A stretch of 64,000 bases of DNA. Origin: an uncultured Myroides sp. GTDB lineage: Bacteria > Bacteroidota > Bacteroidia > Flavobacteriales > Flavobacteriaceae. The notes beneath the pieces are model-generated. The model was not told the DNA's origin, did not search any database, and was given only the letters and a program-made list of their open reading frames with translations. The translations under genes and the position numbers were made by a program. The DNA lies in NCBI GenBank assembly GCA_913777665.1, contig CAJYTF010000031.1, positions 11,852-75,851 on the forward strand. The letters are read 5' to 3'. Every line of letters begins with the position of its first letter. The stretch's first letter is position 1. Shown piece after piece: positions 39,978-49,734 of the stretch.

Positions 39978-40634
39978 ATGGCATTAGATAAAATAGGCAT
40001 TGCAAAACGTATTGCCAAAGAATTACAAGACGGATTTTATGTAAACTTAGGAATCGGGATTCCAACCTTGGTTGCAAATTATATTCCTGAAGGAATGAAC
40101 GTTGAATTTCAGTCAGAAAACGGCGTTTTAGGTATGGGGCCTTTTCCTTTTGAAGGAGATGAAGATGCAGATCTAATCAACGCGGGTAAACAAACAATTA
40201 CTACATTGCCAGGTGCATCATTCTTTGATTCGGCTATGAGTTTCGGAATGATTCGTTCGCAGCACGTAGATTTAACCATTTTAGGAGCTATGGAAGTTTC
40301 AGAAAACGGAGACATCGCTAACTGGAAAATCCCAGGAAAAATGGTAAAAGGTATGGGCGGTGCTATGGATTTAGTAGCCTCGGCAGAAAATATCATTGTT
40401 GCCATGATGCACGTTAACAAAGCAGGCGAATCTAAAATATTAAAAAAATGTACCTTGCCTTTAACAGGTGTTGGCTGCGTTAAAAAAGTGGTGACCGAAT
40501 TGGCTTTAATGGAAATTACTCCTAATGGCTTTAAATTGTTAGAACGCGCTCCGGGTGTATCGGTAGAAGAAATCATTAAAGCGACCGAAGCTGAATTAAT
40601 CATTGAAGGAACGATTCCTGAAATGAGTATCTAA
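39978..40634 (+). CDS. scoB: Succinyl-CoA:3-ketoacid CoA transferase subunit B
   Basis: NLGIGIPT, QSENG, KGMGGAMDL. Confidence 0.92.
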   Translation: MALDKIGIAKRIAKELQDGFYVNLGIGIPTLVANYIPEGMNVEFQSENGVLGMGPFPFEGDEDADLINAGKQTITTLPGASFFDSAMSFGMIRSQHVDLTILGAMEVSENGDIANWKIPGKMVKGMGGAMDLVASAENIIVAMMHVNKAGESKILKKCTLPLTGVGCVKKVVTELALMEITPNGFKLLERAPGVSVEEIIKATEAELIIEGTIPEMSI

Positions 40635-40643
40635 AAAAATAAA

Positions 40644-41906
40644 TTGGCTATGAAAAACGAAAATTTAGAAAGATATAATGATTTAGCTGTAGCCGATCCA
40701 TCCGATCAAAAAAAGAAAGTACCATTTGTAGTACGGTTGGCGTGTGTTTTAATCAGCTTAATAGCTATATTTTATATTTGTATTGCCGGTAAACCTGTGT
40801 TGGTGCCGTTGGTTATTGGCTTTTTAGTATCTATGTTGTTATTGCCGCTGTCGAATTTTCAAGAAAAAAAACTAAAATTTCCGCGTATAGTATCTTCATT
40901 GTTATCTGCCATAGTGTTTACTTTGGCGGTAATTGCCGTGTTTTATTTTATTGGAACACAAATGGCTCGGTTCACGGAAGATCTACCGGAATTTCAACAA
41001 CAAATTGAAAAATTGGTTCACGAAGCACAAGTTTATGTATATGATAAATTTGGCGTATCAGAACAAGAGCAAATAAATTATATCGAAAAAAATGCCGAGG
41101 ATTTCCTTAAACGCGGATCTGGCGTGCTGGGTACCGCAGTTACATCGTTAACTTCTGTGCTGGCATCGGCAATGTTCACTTTTTTAGGGATCTTTTTCTT
41201 TTTACTGTACCGCAGTCATTTGGTTAAATTCTTAATATGGTGTTTTCCGCCACAAGATCAAATCAAAGTAAAAGAAGTAATTACCGAAATTCAAAGCATC
41301 ATAAAACAATACATTTTTGGTTTAATGATACAGGTAGTTGCGGTATCGGGCTTAATGTTCATTGCGTATTCAATCATTGGAATTAGGTATGCGTTATTGT
41401 TTGCGGTGCTTTGCGGAGTGCTAAATTTAATACCTTACATTGGTGTTTTTATAGCTACTATTTTGGCAGCAATTGTAACATTGGCAACAGGCGAACCTAT
41501 ACAGGCACTTTGGGTAATTGTTGCAGTTTTGGTTGTAAATTCAATCGACGGAAACATTATAACGCCAAAAATCATTGGTTCTAAAGTAGCATTAAACTCG
41601 TTCGTAGTACTGTTTGGAATTGTAATTGCAGAATCTATCTGGGGAATTGCCGGTATGTTTTTAGCAATTCCTGTTTTGGCGATCTTTAAAATTATTTTCG
41701 ATAACGTGGAGGGCTTGCGTCCGTACGGATTTGTGTTGGGCGAAGACACTGCACCCACACCGTTGTTTGAAAAATATTACGACCGATACATCTATCGTAA
41801 AAAACCAAAAGACGAAGATTTGCCAAAAGTGCTGCAAACCGAAGAGCAAAATCACGAAGAAGGAAAAACATCTGATTCTGATAAAGAAGAAAAAGATCAA
41901 TCTTAA
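40644..41906 (+). CDS. AI-2E family transporter
   Basis: NLIPYIG, GNIITPKIIG, GIAGMFLAIP. Confidence 0.88.
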   Translation: MAMKNENLERYNDLAVADPSDQKKKVPFVVRLACVLISLIAIFYICIAGKPVLVPLVIGFLVSMLLLPLSNFQEKKLKFPRIVSSLLSAIVFTLAVIAVFYFIGTQMARFTEDLPEFQQQIEKLVHEAQVYVYDKFGVSEQEQINYIEKNAEDFLKRGSGVLGTAVTSLTSVLASAMFTFLGIFFFLLYRSHLVKFLIWCFPPQDQIKVKEVITEIQSIIKQYIFGLMIQVVAVSGLMFIAYSIIGIRYALLFAVLCGVLNLIPYIGVFIATILAAIVTLATGEPIQALWVIVAVLVVNSIDGNIITPKIIGSKVALNSFVVLFGIVIAESIWGIAGMFLAIPVLAIFKIIFDNVEGLRPYGFVLGEDTAPTPLFEKYYDRYIYRKKPKDEDLPKVLQTEEQNHEEGKTSDSDKEEKDQS

Positions 41907-41910
41907 AGAT

Positions 41911-41937
41911 AAAAATCCATCATTACGATGGATTTTT
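41911..41937 (+). terminator. Intrinsic terminator
   Basis: AAAAATCCATC...GATGGATTTTT. Confidence 0.65.
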
Positions 41938-41985
41938 TTGTCTCTAAAAACACGAGATTGTTTTACTTTTGTAAAAAATAATTAA

Positions 41986-43155
41986 ATGGAATTTGCAAAG
42001 GTTATATTAAAGCAAGGGAAAGAAAAGTCTATTTTACGTAAGCATCCGTGGGTGTTTAGTGGTGCCGTTTATGGAGTAAGCGATGAGTTGGAAGACGGAC
42101 AAATGGTTGATGTTACTACGTACAACGGCGATCATTTGGCAACCGGTTTTTACAGCAATAAAGGAAGCATCGTTGTACGCATATTGACTTTTAAGGATGA
42201 GGTTTTTAAAGATGATTTTTGGGAAAACCGACTAAATGCTGCTTGGAATTTACGCTTGAAGCTTTTTAATATCGAAGAAACCAATGCTTTTAGATTGATT
42301 CATGGTGAAGGCGACGAAATTCCGGGTTTGATTATTGATTATTACAACAAAAACTTTGTGATTCAGGCACATTCTACAGGGATTTACTTGAACATGAAGA
42401 AAATCGCCGAAGCCATACAAAAATGTTTTCCTGATTATTGTGAGACCATTTATTGCAAAAGTGCCAACACCCTTCCAAATACCGGAACCGATTTTCATTT
42501 ATTTGGAACAGCTGCCGAAACTGTGGCGAAAGAAAACAACATTCAGTTTCATGTAAATTGGGTTGAAGGACAAAAAACCGGTTTCTTTTTAGATCAAAGA
42601 GAGAATAGAAAGTTATTGGAAAGATATTCAAACGGAAAAAAAGTGTTGAATACTTTTTGCTACACCGGCGGTTTTTCTATTTACGCCATGAACGCTGGTG
42701 CCAATTTGGTAACTTCTGTGGATATATCTGAAAAAGCCGTAAAATTGGCTGCAGAAAATATGGAGTTGAATTTCCCTGGCAGTAATCATCAGGCAGTAGC
42801 GTCAGATGTTTTTGAATTTCTAAAAGAAAATAAAAATCAATACGAAGTTATTGTTTTAGATCCACCTGCATTTGCCAAAAACATCAAAAGCAAGCACACC
42901 GCAACCCAAGCATACAAACGCTTAAACGTTGCCGGTTTAAAAACTATTACAAAAGGCGGATTTCTATTTACCTTTTCTTGTTCACAGGTGATTGATGAGG
43001 TGCTTTTTTACAATACCGTAGCAGCTGCAGCAATAGAATCGGGTAGAAAAGTACGTGTATTGCACAAGCTTTCACAAGGTCCGGATCATCCGGTGAATAT
43101 GTTCCATCCAGAAGGATCTTACCTTAAAGGTTTGGTTTTATATGTGGAAGAATAA
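41986..43155 (+). CDS. rlmI: Class I SAM-dependent rRNA methyltransferase (RlmI-like)
   Basis: PUA HPWVFSG, GQKTGFFLDQRENR, DPPAF, TFSCS, PDHP. Confidence 0.85.
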   Translation: MEFAKVILKQGKEKSILRKHPWVFSGAVYGVSDELEDGQMVDVTTYNGDHLATGFYSNKGSIVVRILTFKDEVFKDDFWENRLNAAWNLRLKLFNIEETNAFRLIHGEGDEIPGLIIDYYNKNFVIQAHSTGIYLNMKKIAEAIQKCFPDYCETIYCKSANTLPNTGTDFHLFGTAAETVAKENNIQFHVNWVEGQKTGFFLDQRENRKLLERYSNGKKVLNTFCYTGGFSIYAMNAGANLVTSVDISEKAVKLAAENMELNFPGSNHQAVASDVFEFLKENKNQYEVIVLDPPAFAKNIKSKHTATQAYKRLNVAGLKTITKGGFLFTFSCSQVIDEVLFYNTVAAAAIESGRKVRVLHKLSQGPDHPVNMFHPEGSYLKGLVLYVEE

Positions 43156-43176
43156 TCAATTTGATAATAAAATGAT

Positions 43177-43211
43177 AAAACTCGCACGAATTTAGTTTCA
43201 GTGCGAGTTTT
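43177..43211 (+). terminator. Intrinsic terminator
   Basis: AAAACTCGCAC...GTGCGAGTTTT. Confidence 0.65.
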
Positions 43212-43606
43212 GTTTTTTAGTGTGTAGAACAAGTTCGTCATTCTATCAATGAAAAGTTCTACAAATATTTCTTTAAAAGCATTTTAATTTTGGAATGTTT
43301 ATTATTTAGAACAGAAATTTCAAATCAGTAAAAAGATCTTTTGAAATTCAACTCTCTTTATCAGGAGAAAAAGAATTACGAGTTAAACGTAGTTGAGTTA
43401 AAGTACATATTTAAAAAAGTTAAATAACACTTATTACATTCGGGCTTGAGTTTTTACTTAAGCCTGATTTTGTTTATCTAACCTTGATACAAGTTTCAAA
43501 GAATACTTAAAAAATCATCTGTTAATAATTCACTATATTATTAATTAAAAATTTGTTCGTTTCAAAAAAAAATCTATATTTGATATAAATAATTAAAATA
43601 TTGTAT

Positions 43607-44014
43607 ATGAAAAAATTAGTGTTATCAGCATTATTCGCATCAACTATGTTAGTAGTATCTTGTGATAAAAAGAAAGGTGTTGAAGAAACAACAACTACAG
43701 AAACAGAAACAACTGTAGATCCTGCAACAGAAACGCAGACAACAACTACCACCACAGAAACTACTTTAGAAGTACCTAAATTTAGTTCTCCGGAAGCACA
43801 AAAAATGGCAGAAGAATATACTGCTTATGTGAAAGAATCTATGGAAGCAGCAAAATCTGGAGATGCTGCAAAAATTCAAGAATTACAAGCGAAATCTGCT
43901 GAATGGACTAAAAGACAAACAGAATTGGCTACAAAATTAACGCCAGCAGATGCTAAATTATGGCAAGAATACGCTATGAAATTGTCTGAGCAAATGACAG
44001 CTCCAATTAAATAG
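43607..44014 (+). CDS. Hypothetical lipoprotein with Thr/Glu-rich linker
   Basis: Lipobox VSC; TTTTETETT linker; helical C-domain. Confidence 0.8.
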   Translation: MKKLVLSALFASTMLVVSCDKKKGVEETTTTETETTVDPATETQTTTTTTETTLEVPKFSSPEAQKMAEEYTAYVKESMEAAKSGDAAKIQELQAKSAEWTKRQTELATKLTPADAKLWQEYAMKLSEQMTAPIK

Positions 44015-44124
44015 TAAAACAAATTTTTCTAAATTTTAAGACACAGTGTATGCTGTGTCTTTTTTTTTGTAATTGTATTTTGTTTTTTACTACATTTATA
44101 AATCAAATAGTAAAATTAATTAAT

Positions 44125-44505
44125 ATGAAAAAGATAGTTTATCCCATGTTATTGTCGGCTGTATTGTTGACGGCATGTAAAAAAGAAGAAAACAAAATTC
44201 AGGAACCAATGACCGATCCGCCGGTTGAAAATTCTAACGAAGTACAACAGAATACGGTAGAAGATGTAGTTGCGGTTCCAAAGTTTCAGTACGCCGAAGC
44301 AGATCAGTTTGCGCAGGAATACAGCAAATTTGTAAACGATTTTAAAACAGCTACAGCAAATAACGATTCTGAAGCTTTAAAAACGTTAGGTCCTAAATTA
44401 AACGAATACCAAAAAAGAGGTGTTGAGTTGGCTAAACGCGTTCCACAAGACGAAGCGGTTGCTTTTCAAGATTTCTTAAACAAATTAGAATCGTATATTA
44501 AATAA
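44125..44505 (+). CDS. Hypothetical lipoprotein, paralog of the upstream gene
   Basis: Lipobox TAC-KKEE; VPKF..EA..(F/M)A.EY motif shared; start ATG at 44125. Confidence 0.8.
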   Translation: MKKIVYPMLLSAVLLTACKKEENKIQEPMTDPPVENSNEVQQNTVEDVVAVPKFQYAEADQFAQEYSKFVNDFKTATANNDSEALKTLGPKLNEYQKRGVELAKRVPQDEAVAFQDFLNKLESYIK

Positions 44506-44530
44506 AAATAGAGCCTTATGGCTCTATTTT
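44505..44530. terminator. Bidirectional terminator
   Basis: AAAATAGAGCC-4 nt-GGCTCTATTTT between convergent genes. Confidence 0.7.
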
Positions 44531-46047
44531 AGTTTTCTTAGTTTATACAAATCCAAACGTCGATCTTTCTTAATACGTACACTTCCCAATTCGTGTAATT
44601 CTTTTAATGCGTTTAGCTCTACGTCAACAATTAAGGTCATTTCGGTATTTGGTGTAGCTTCTGCCTTTACGCCATTGTTAGGAAAAGCAAAATCAGACGG
44701 AGTAAAAACAGCCGCCTGTCCGTACTGAATATCCATGTTGTTTACTTTTGGTAAATTTCCTACGCAACCGGTAATTGCCACATAACATTCGTTTTCAATA
44801 GCGCGCGCCTGTGCACAACTACGTACACGGGTGTATCCGTTTTGGGTATCGGTTAAATAAGGTACAAACAAAATTTCCATTCCGTCTTCGCTCATAATAC
44901 GCGATAATTCGGGAAACTCCACATCATAACAAATAATGATTCCAATTTTTCCACAATCGGTATCAAAAGTCTGTATCACATCGCCACCCTGCATTCCCCA
45001 ATACAAACGTTCGTTAGGTGTAATATGTATTTTTCGATACATTTCAGACGATCCATCGCGCTTGCATAAGAAACCAACGTTATATAGCACATTTTCTTCC
45101 AAATAAGGCATGCTGCCCGTGATAATGTTGATATTATATTCAATAGCTAATTCCTGAAAACGCTTGTGAATGGTATCGGTGTATTTCGATAATTCTCGGA
45201 TTGCTTCAGATTCCGACAAATGATTGTAATCTGCCATTAACGGTGCAACGAATAATTCGGGAAAGGTTGCAAAATCGCTTTCGTAGCCTGAAACGGCATC
45301 GATAAAAAATTCAGCCTGATCAAAAAATTCCTCTAAATTATTCAACGGACGCATTTGCCATTGGATTAAACCTAAGCGAACCACACTTTTTTTGGCGTTG
45401 ATTAAAACCGGCGATTTATCGTACGAAATATTGTTCCATTCCAATAAAACGGCGTAGTCACGAGAATCGCGATCGCCTTCTAAATAATTGCGCAGTAATC
45501 TTTTTATATGGAAATCGTTATTAACCTGAAATGAAATGACCGGATCATGGATTTCTTTGGTTTTAACCCGATCTAAATATTGTTTGGGCGTGAGTTCTTT
45601 GGAGTAATTGTGATAATTTGGAATTCGGCCGGCGAAAATAATCGACTTTAAATTCAGTTGTTCGCACAATTCTTTTCGCACATCATACAAACGGCGACCT
45701 AAGCGCAAACCACGGTAATTCGGGTGGATAAATATATCGATCCCATACAAAACATCGCCATCGGGGTTATGCGCGTTGAATTTACTGTCGGTAACAATAT
45801 CGTTGTATTTGTGGTTTGATAGCGCCAAACTTTCATCAACAATCAACGACAAAGCTGCGCCAACAACCACATCGTCAACCACAATAACAATTTGTCCTTC
45901 GGGAAAAACTTTTAACAATCGACGGATTTCTTCTTTTTTCCAATACGGATCTTCCACACCTTCTTCGTACGCCTGAAGCATGGAATTTTTTAATTCTATA
46001 TAATCTTCAATTTCTAAATTGCGGAGTTCTACTTTATTAATCTGCAT
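44524..46047 (-). CDS. Bifunctional GNAT / carbon-nitrogen hydrolase (nitrilase superfamily)
   Basis: GNAT IHPNYRGLRLGRRL; nitrilase triad FPE, RKIH, ICYDVEFPE. Confidence 0.9.
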   Translation of the reverse strand: MQINKVELRNLEIEDYIELKNSMLQAYEEGVEDPYWKKEEIRRLLKVFPEGQIVIVVDDVVVGAALSLIVDESLALSNHKYNDIVTDSKFNAHNPDGDVLYGIDIFIHPNYRGLRLGRRLYDVRKELCEQLNLKSIIFAGRIPNYHNYSKELTPKQYLDRVKTKEIHDPVISFQVNNDFHIKRLLRNYLEGDRDSRDYAVLLEWNNISYDKSPVLINAKKSVVRLGLIQWQMRPLNNLEEFFDQAEFFIDAVSGYESDFATFPELFVAPLMADYNHLSESEAIRELSKYTDTIHKRFQELAIEYNINIITGSMPYLEENVLYNVGFLCKRDGSSEMYRKIHITPNERLYWGMQGGDVIQTFDTDCGKIGIIICYDVEFPELSRIMSEDGMEILFVPYLTDTQNGYTRVRSCAQARAIENECYVAITGCVGNLPKVNNMDIQYGQAAVFTPSDFAFPNNGVKAEATPNTEMTLIVDVELNALKELHELGSVRIKKDRRLDLYKLRKLK

Positions 46048-46104
46048 TCTTTCTCGTGAATTTTTCCCTTAAATTATGAAAAAAGTATGAGTAAGTTCTT
46101 AAAA

Positions 46105-46563
46105 TTATCGAAAATTTGGTCTTGCGGTAAAAGGAGAAAACGACCATGGAATTGAAACAAAAAGAATAAAAAGTATGATTAAATATCTAACAAACAGATA
46201 ATTAAAAGCGATAGCTGTGCCGATTTTGCTTTTGGTTTTATCTGTAAAAACATTTAAAAGCAGTACGCCCAAAATCATCATGAACGGATGTTCTAATCCA
46301 AAAAAGCGGATTTCGCGCCATTTTACAGCCTGGCTAACCTGCGACCAAAAGGTTTTTACCATTGGGCTTTGTGTTAACAACAAAATTCCGACTAAAAACT
46401 GTAGGTTAAAAACGTTTTTTATCACTTTAAAAAGTTGATAATGCTTGGTTGTGTAAATAGCTTTTTTTGATTTTTTTAGGAAGATGAAAATCAAACCGAA
46501 TAATAGAAATCCTAATGCAATCCAACGCAGATAGGAATGAATTATTAACAAATAGCCGTACAT
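46105..46563 (-). CDS. Hypothetical 4-TM membrane protein (cytochrome b-like family possible)
   Basis: HSYLRW and EHPFMM motifs; four hydrophobic segments. Confidence 0.6.
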   Translation of the reverse strand: MYGYLLIIHSYLRWIALGFLLFGLIFIFLKKSKKAIYTTKHYQLFKVIKNVFNLQFLVGILLLTQSPMVKTFWSQVSQAVKWREIRFFGLEHPFMMILGVLLLNVFTDKTKSKIGTAIAFNYLFVRYLIILFILFVSIPWSFSPFTARPNFR

Positions 46564-46564
46564 T

Positions 46565-46912
46565 TTAATTCTTTTTTACTAATACAAACCAATCATTTTC
46601 TATGGGCATGTAACCTTGATCGTACACAAAATAATAGGTTACGTTAGATTTGGTAACGTATATGGAAGTGAACAATGAAAAATCGAAACCTAAATCGAGC
46701 AGTTTTTTACGGTTGATTTTTGCTTTTCCATCGGGATTGTTTTCTGATAAAATACGGTAATTTTTACGCAGGGCGTAATTAACCGTTCGCATTAAATTGG
46801 TGGTGTCTTTGTTTAATTTGTTGTTGTAAGTATTGCGGCAGGCATCGTTACAGAATTTTTTATCTTCCCGACCTATGATTTTCTCGCCACATTCTAAACA
46901 GTTTTTGCCCAT
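46565..46912 (-). CDS. Zn-ribbon protein (DUF2116-like)
   Basis: CLEC-x12-CNDAC followed by a basic helix. Confidence 0.8.
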   Translation of the reverse strand: MGKNCLECGEKIIGREDKKFCNDACRNTYNNKLNKDTTNLMRTVNYALRKNYRILSENNPDGKAKINRKKLLDLGFDFSLFTSIYVTKSNVTYYFVYDQGYMPIENDWFVLVKKN

Positions 46913-46978
46913 TTTTATTTTAAAGATACAAAATATTGTTGAATACTGTTAATTAGCTGTATAGTAGTGAGATAATTG

Positions 46979-48024
46979 TTATTTCGTGAATTTCCGTTTT
47001 AAACGTCTAAAAACTTCAGCTAAATTCACTTTTAAACCTTTCCATTCAAATTCACCAATCGTGACTAATCCATCAATAGCTTTCTCTTCATTTGTACTTT
47101 TTTTAGAATCTATAATTAAGTTTTGGTGAAGTGTTGTTAGCTTTAAACTTTCAATTGTAGCGTCTTTATTTTGAATAATAGAATTTGCTAAGATTAATTG
47201 TGACTTTAAATGATAAACATTAGCCATAAGTTGTTGTACACTTACATCATTATAATTTAAAGAGTATGTTTCTAAATCATTTGTTTGTGGAATTGATAAA
47301 TATATATCTAATAATTTTTTGATATTTATAAGTGCTTCGCCTGAATCTAAGGGTATAACTGTAAAAAAGGTTGTTTTTGTTTGTGAGTCAATTTTAGAAA
47401 CAACTTCTATTCCTAAGTCTTGTAAAAATTTAGAAAAATAAATTAGGTATTGTTCACACGCTTGTTTAATTTCTTGCGGAAAGGAAAATATGCTAAATAA
47501 CTCATTGTCATGTTTGCTTTTTTCTAGTCTTGAAAATATTTGGCAAACTACATCATTTAAGTATATTAAAATCCTATTATATTCGAAAAAAATGGATTTT
47601 TCTGTATCAATATTAAAAGTTATAATAACTCCTTCTTCAATTAAGTTGTCAAAAGAATTGGTTTCAATATTATCTTTTTTTAAACTTAAATGTAAGTTTT
47701 GAAGGAAATGTAAAATACTAAAAGGTTTATCCCATTCTAAAAAATTCGGATGAATACACAAAAAACAAGTCTTGTCGTCTTCAAACCAAATTGATACGCT
47801 ATCATTTTCTATCCAATTGGACTGTTTAAATTCCTTAACATTAATATCAAAACTAAATGAGCAAAAATTGTAATTAAAAAAAGTATTTATAGAGTTATTT
47901 TTTGATAAATGAAGTATATTGGAGTTTAAATAACCGTGGTACTTCGTTCCATTGTCATAATCGTCTTCGGCGCTACCTACAATATCACCATTAAAAAAAG
48001 CAATATGTTTTTTTTAGTCTTCAT
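46979..48024 (-). pseudogene. Hypothetical protein with a frameshift at a homopolymer near its 5' end
   Basis: The track ORF frame (46979-47761) stays open upstream to about 48015 with no start codon; ATG at 48024 joins it by adding one base to the A8 or T7 run. Confidence 0.65.
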
Positions 48025-48077
48025 TATATTTTATTTCTAAACTCATAATAAATTTCTATTATAAATGTACTATATTT

Positions 48078-48536
48078 CTACTTCAAAAGCGTTAAACATT
48101 GTTGCAGTTCATCGCGAACTTCCATATAGTTTTTGTAATACAAGCTCGAAAATACAGCAATCGCTTTTTTGTCTTGGATTAAATAACAATATTCGTGATG
48201 TTGTGCTCGTTGTCTAAATTCGCGAATGGCAAATCCATCAATGGCATCAATCTTAAAAGTTTTTTTAGTACCAAACCCCAATAGTTGTTTTACCTCAATG
48301 GTGTTATTGGAAATTCTTATCGTTGCCATGCGCAGGTTCATTTCAATAAAAAAGCCCCAAATAATAACAAACAAACTTACCAAGCCACAAACAACCAAAA
48401 ATACCGTTAAGCCCCAATGCCAGCTGTCTTGAAACATGCGTAAAAATTTGTTGACAATAAAGGTAGTTAAAACCGGAAAACTTAAAATTAACAAGCTGTA
48501 AAAATAGGCGGTGTTACTTAATTTTGACTGAACCAT
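48078..48536 (-). CDS. Hypothetical membrane protein
   Basis: Two TM helices plus soluble C-domain; start MVQSKL preferred. Confidence 0.6.
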   Translation of the reverse strand: MVQSKLSNTAYFYSLLILSFPVLTTFIVNKFLRMFQDSWHWGLTVFLVVCGLVSLFVIIWGFFIEMNLRMATIRISNNTIEVKQLLGFGTKKTFKIDAIDGFAIREFRQRAQHHEYCYLIQDKKAIAVFSSLYYKNYMEVRDELQQCLTLLK

Positions 48537-48700
48537 TTTATATTTTTTTTTCAAATTTAGCGTATAATTTCCAAAAGCTTTGCAGGTTTTATTTTGATAT
48601 TTCCTTTTTTAGGTTTTTATTCTTGTTTGAGTTAGTATCTTTATAAAATAATTTTTTTGATTTAACAATCATAATTAATAACATTAATAAATAAAACAGT

Positions 48701-48892
48701 ATGAAAAAATTTGAATATAAAACCATTAAAGTTGATTCGAAAGGAAATTGGAGCATAAAATTTAACGCCGAAGAAATAGATAAAATGCTTAATGAATTAG
48801 GTATCCAAGGTTGGGAATTGGTTAACGTGCAAGATTTAGGCGTTGGAGGAACATCGTATTCTTTTCATTATACTTTTAAAAGAGAGATTTAA
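48701..48892 (+). CDS. DUF4177 family small protein
   Basis: FEYKTI...LNELGIQGWELV...FKREI. Confidence 0.85.
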   Translation: MKKFEYKTIKVDSKGNWSIKFNAEEIDKMLNELGIQGWELVNVQDLGVGGTSYSFHYTFKREI

Positions 48893-48895
48893 TTT

Positions 48896-49078
48896 CAACT
48901 AAAAGAACTTGCCGGACTACTTACAGTTGACGAGAAAATTCGTTGGGAAGAAATCAAGGAATTGTTCCGTAAAAACAATAAACACGGCGGTTTAGCTAAA
49001 GACGATAAAGTGTTTGCCGAAATGCTGAATTTAAACGAAAACCTAGAAGGTATTATCAAGGTTATTAAAGAAAAATAA
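48896..49078 (+). pseudogene. Start-less 3' gene fragment (60 codons plus stop)
   Basis: QLKELAGLLTVDEKIRWEEIKELFRKNNKHGGLAKDDKVFAEMLNLNENLEGIIKVIKEK*; protein-like, no upstream start. Confidence 0.55.
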
Positions 49079-49114
49079 AGGAAGTCATTTGACTTCCTTT
49101 TGGTTTTATGATAT

Positions 49115-49642
49115 CTATTTGGAGCCTAAAAGCTTTTGCCACCAGGTCTTCAAAGTTATTTTAGAGTTGTTGTTATTATTATTTTTCCTTTGTGCTTCAT
49201 TAATTATTTCAGTAGTTAACGTGTCTTTAAAAAAATAAAGCGTTGTAGAATTTTCTAATTTCGGTTTTGCTACAATTCCATTTTCTATCAGTTCATTAAA
49301 TTCCCTTTCTATTTTTTCTTTGTTGTTATAATCAGGGTATTTGTTACGTTGGTTTTGAATAAAATTTGTTAATCTCCATAAGTCAAAGTCATGTCTAGGT
49401 CCAGGAAAATATGCTAAATCAAAGTCTACAATTTTGTCTTTGAAATGAGCAGATAATCCAATTCCGTGAAAAGCATAAAAATAAAGTCCTTCATCAACTA
49501 ATTTACCTGTTTGTTCATATATACCAGTATGCCAACCTTCTAAAATATCATTGACTTTGTATTTGTTCTTAAAAATTAAAACAGCCTTATCAGCCCCAGT
49601 TTGATAATCTTTAATTATGTCTAGAAGAGTTATGTTTGTCAT
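49115..49642 (-). CDS. Hypothetical protein (DUF6896-like)
   Basis: YAFHGIGL...VDFD...FDLWRL..F pattern; family name from recall. Confidence 0.55.
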   Translation of the reverse strand: MTNITLLDIIKDYQTGADKAVLIFKNKYKVNDILEGWHTGIYEQTGKLVDEGLYFYAFHGIGLSAHFKDKIVDFDLAYFPGPRHDFDLWRLTNFIQNQRNKYPDYNNKEKIEREFNELIENGIVAKPKLENSTTLYFFKDTLTTEIINEAQRKNNNNNNSKITLKTWWQKLLGSK

Positions 49643-49734
49643 AAAATTTTAATTAAAATTTCTAACGATAGCACAAGTGTCACATTTTCGCTTAAGACAA
49701 GTTCTTTATCAATGCACGAGTAAGAGGGTACTTT

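Noticed and set aside
43215-43600. Long intergenic region between rlmI and the lipoprotein pair as an sRNA or small ORF
   Set aside because: Only short broken frames and one hairpin (about 43441-43466); nothing recognisable.
43690-43765. ACA/ACT-rich tandem-like DNA repeat
   Set aside because: Explained by the Thr/Glu-rich protein linker, not an independent DNA repeat.
39133-49675. Two short similar motifs (reverse complement of 39133-39160, GATACAAGCGTTACACTAGCACCAGC; and 49650-49672, TAGCACAAGTGTCACATTTTCGC) as a third repeat family
   Set aside because: Similarity is too degenerate to support from two copies.
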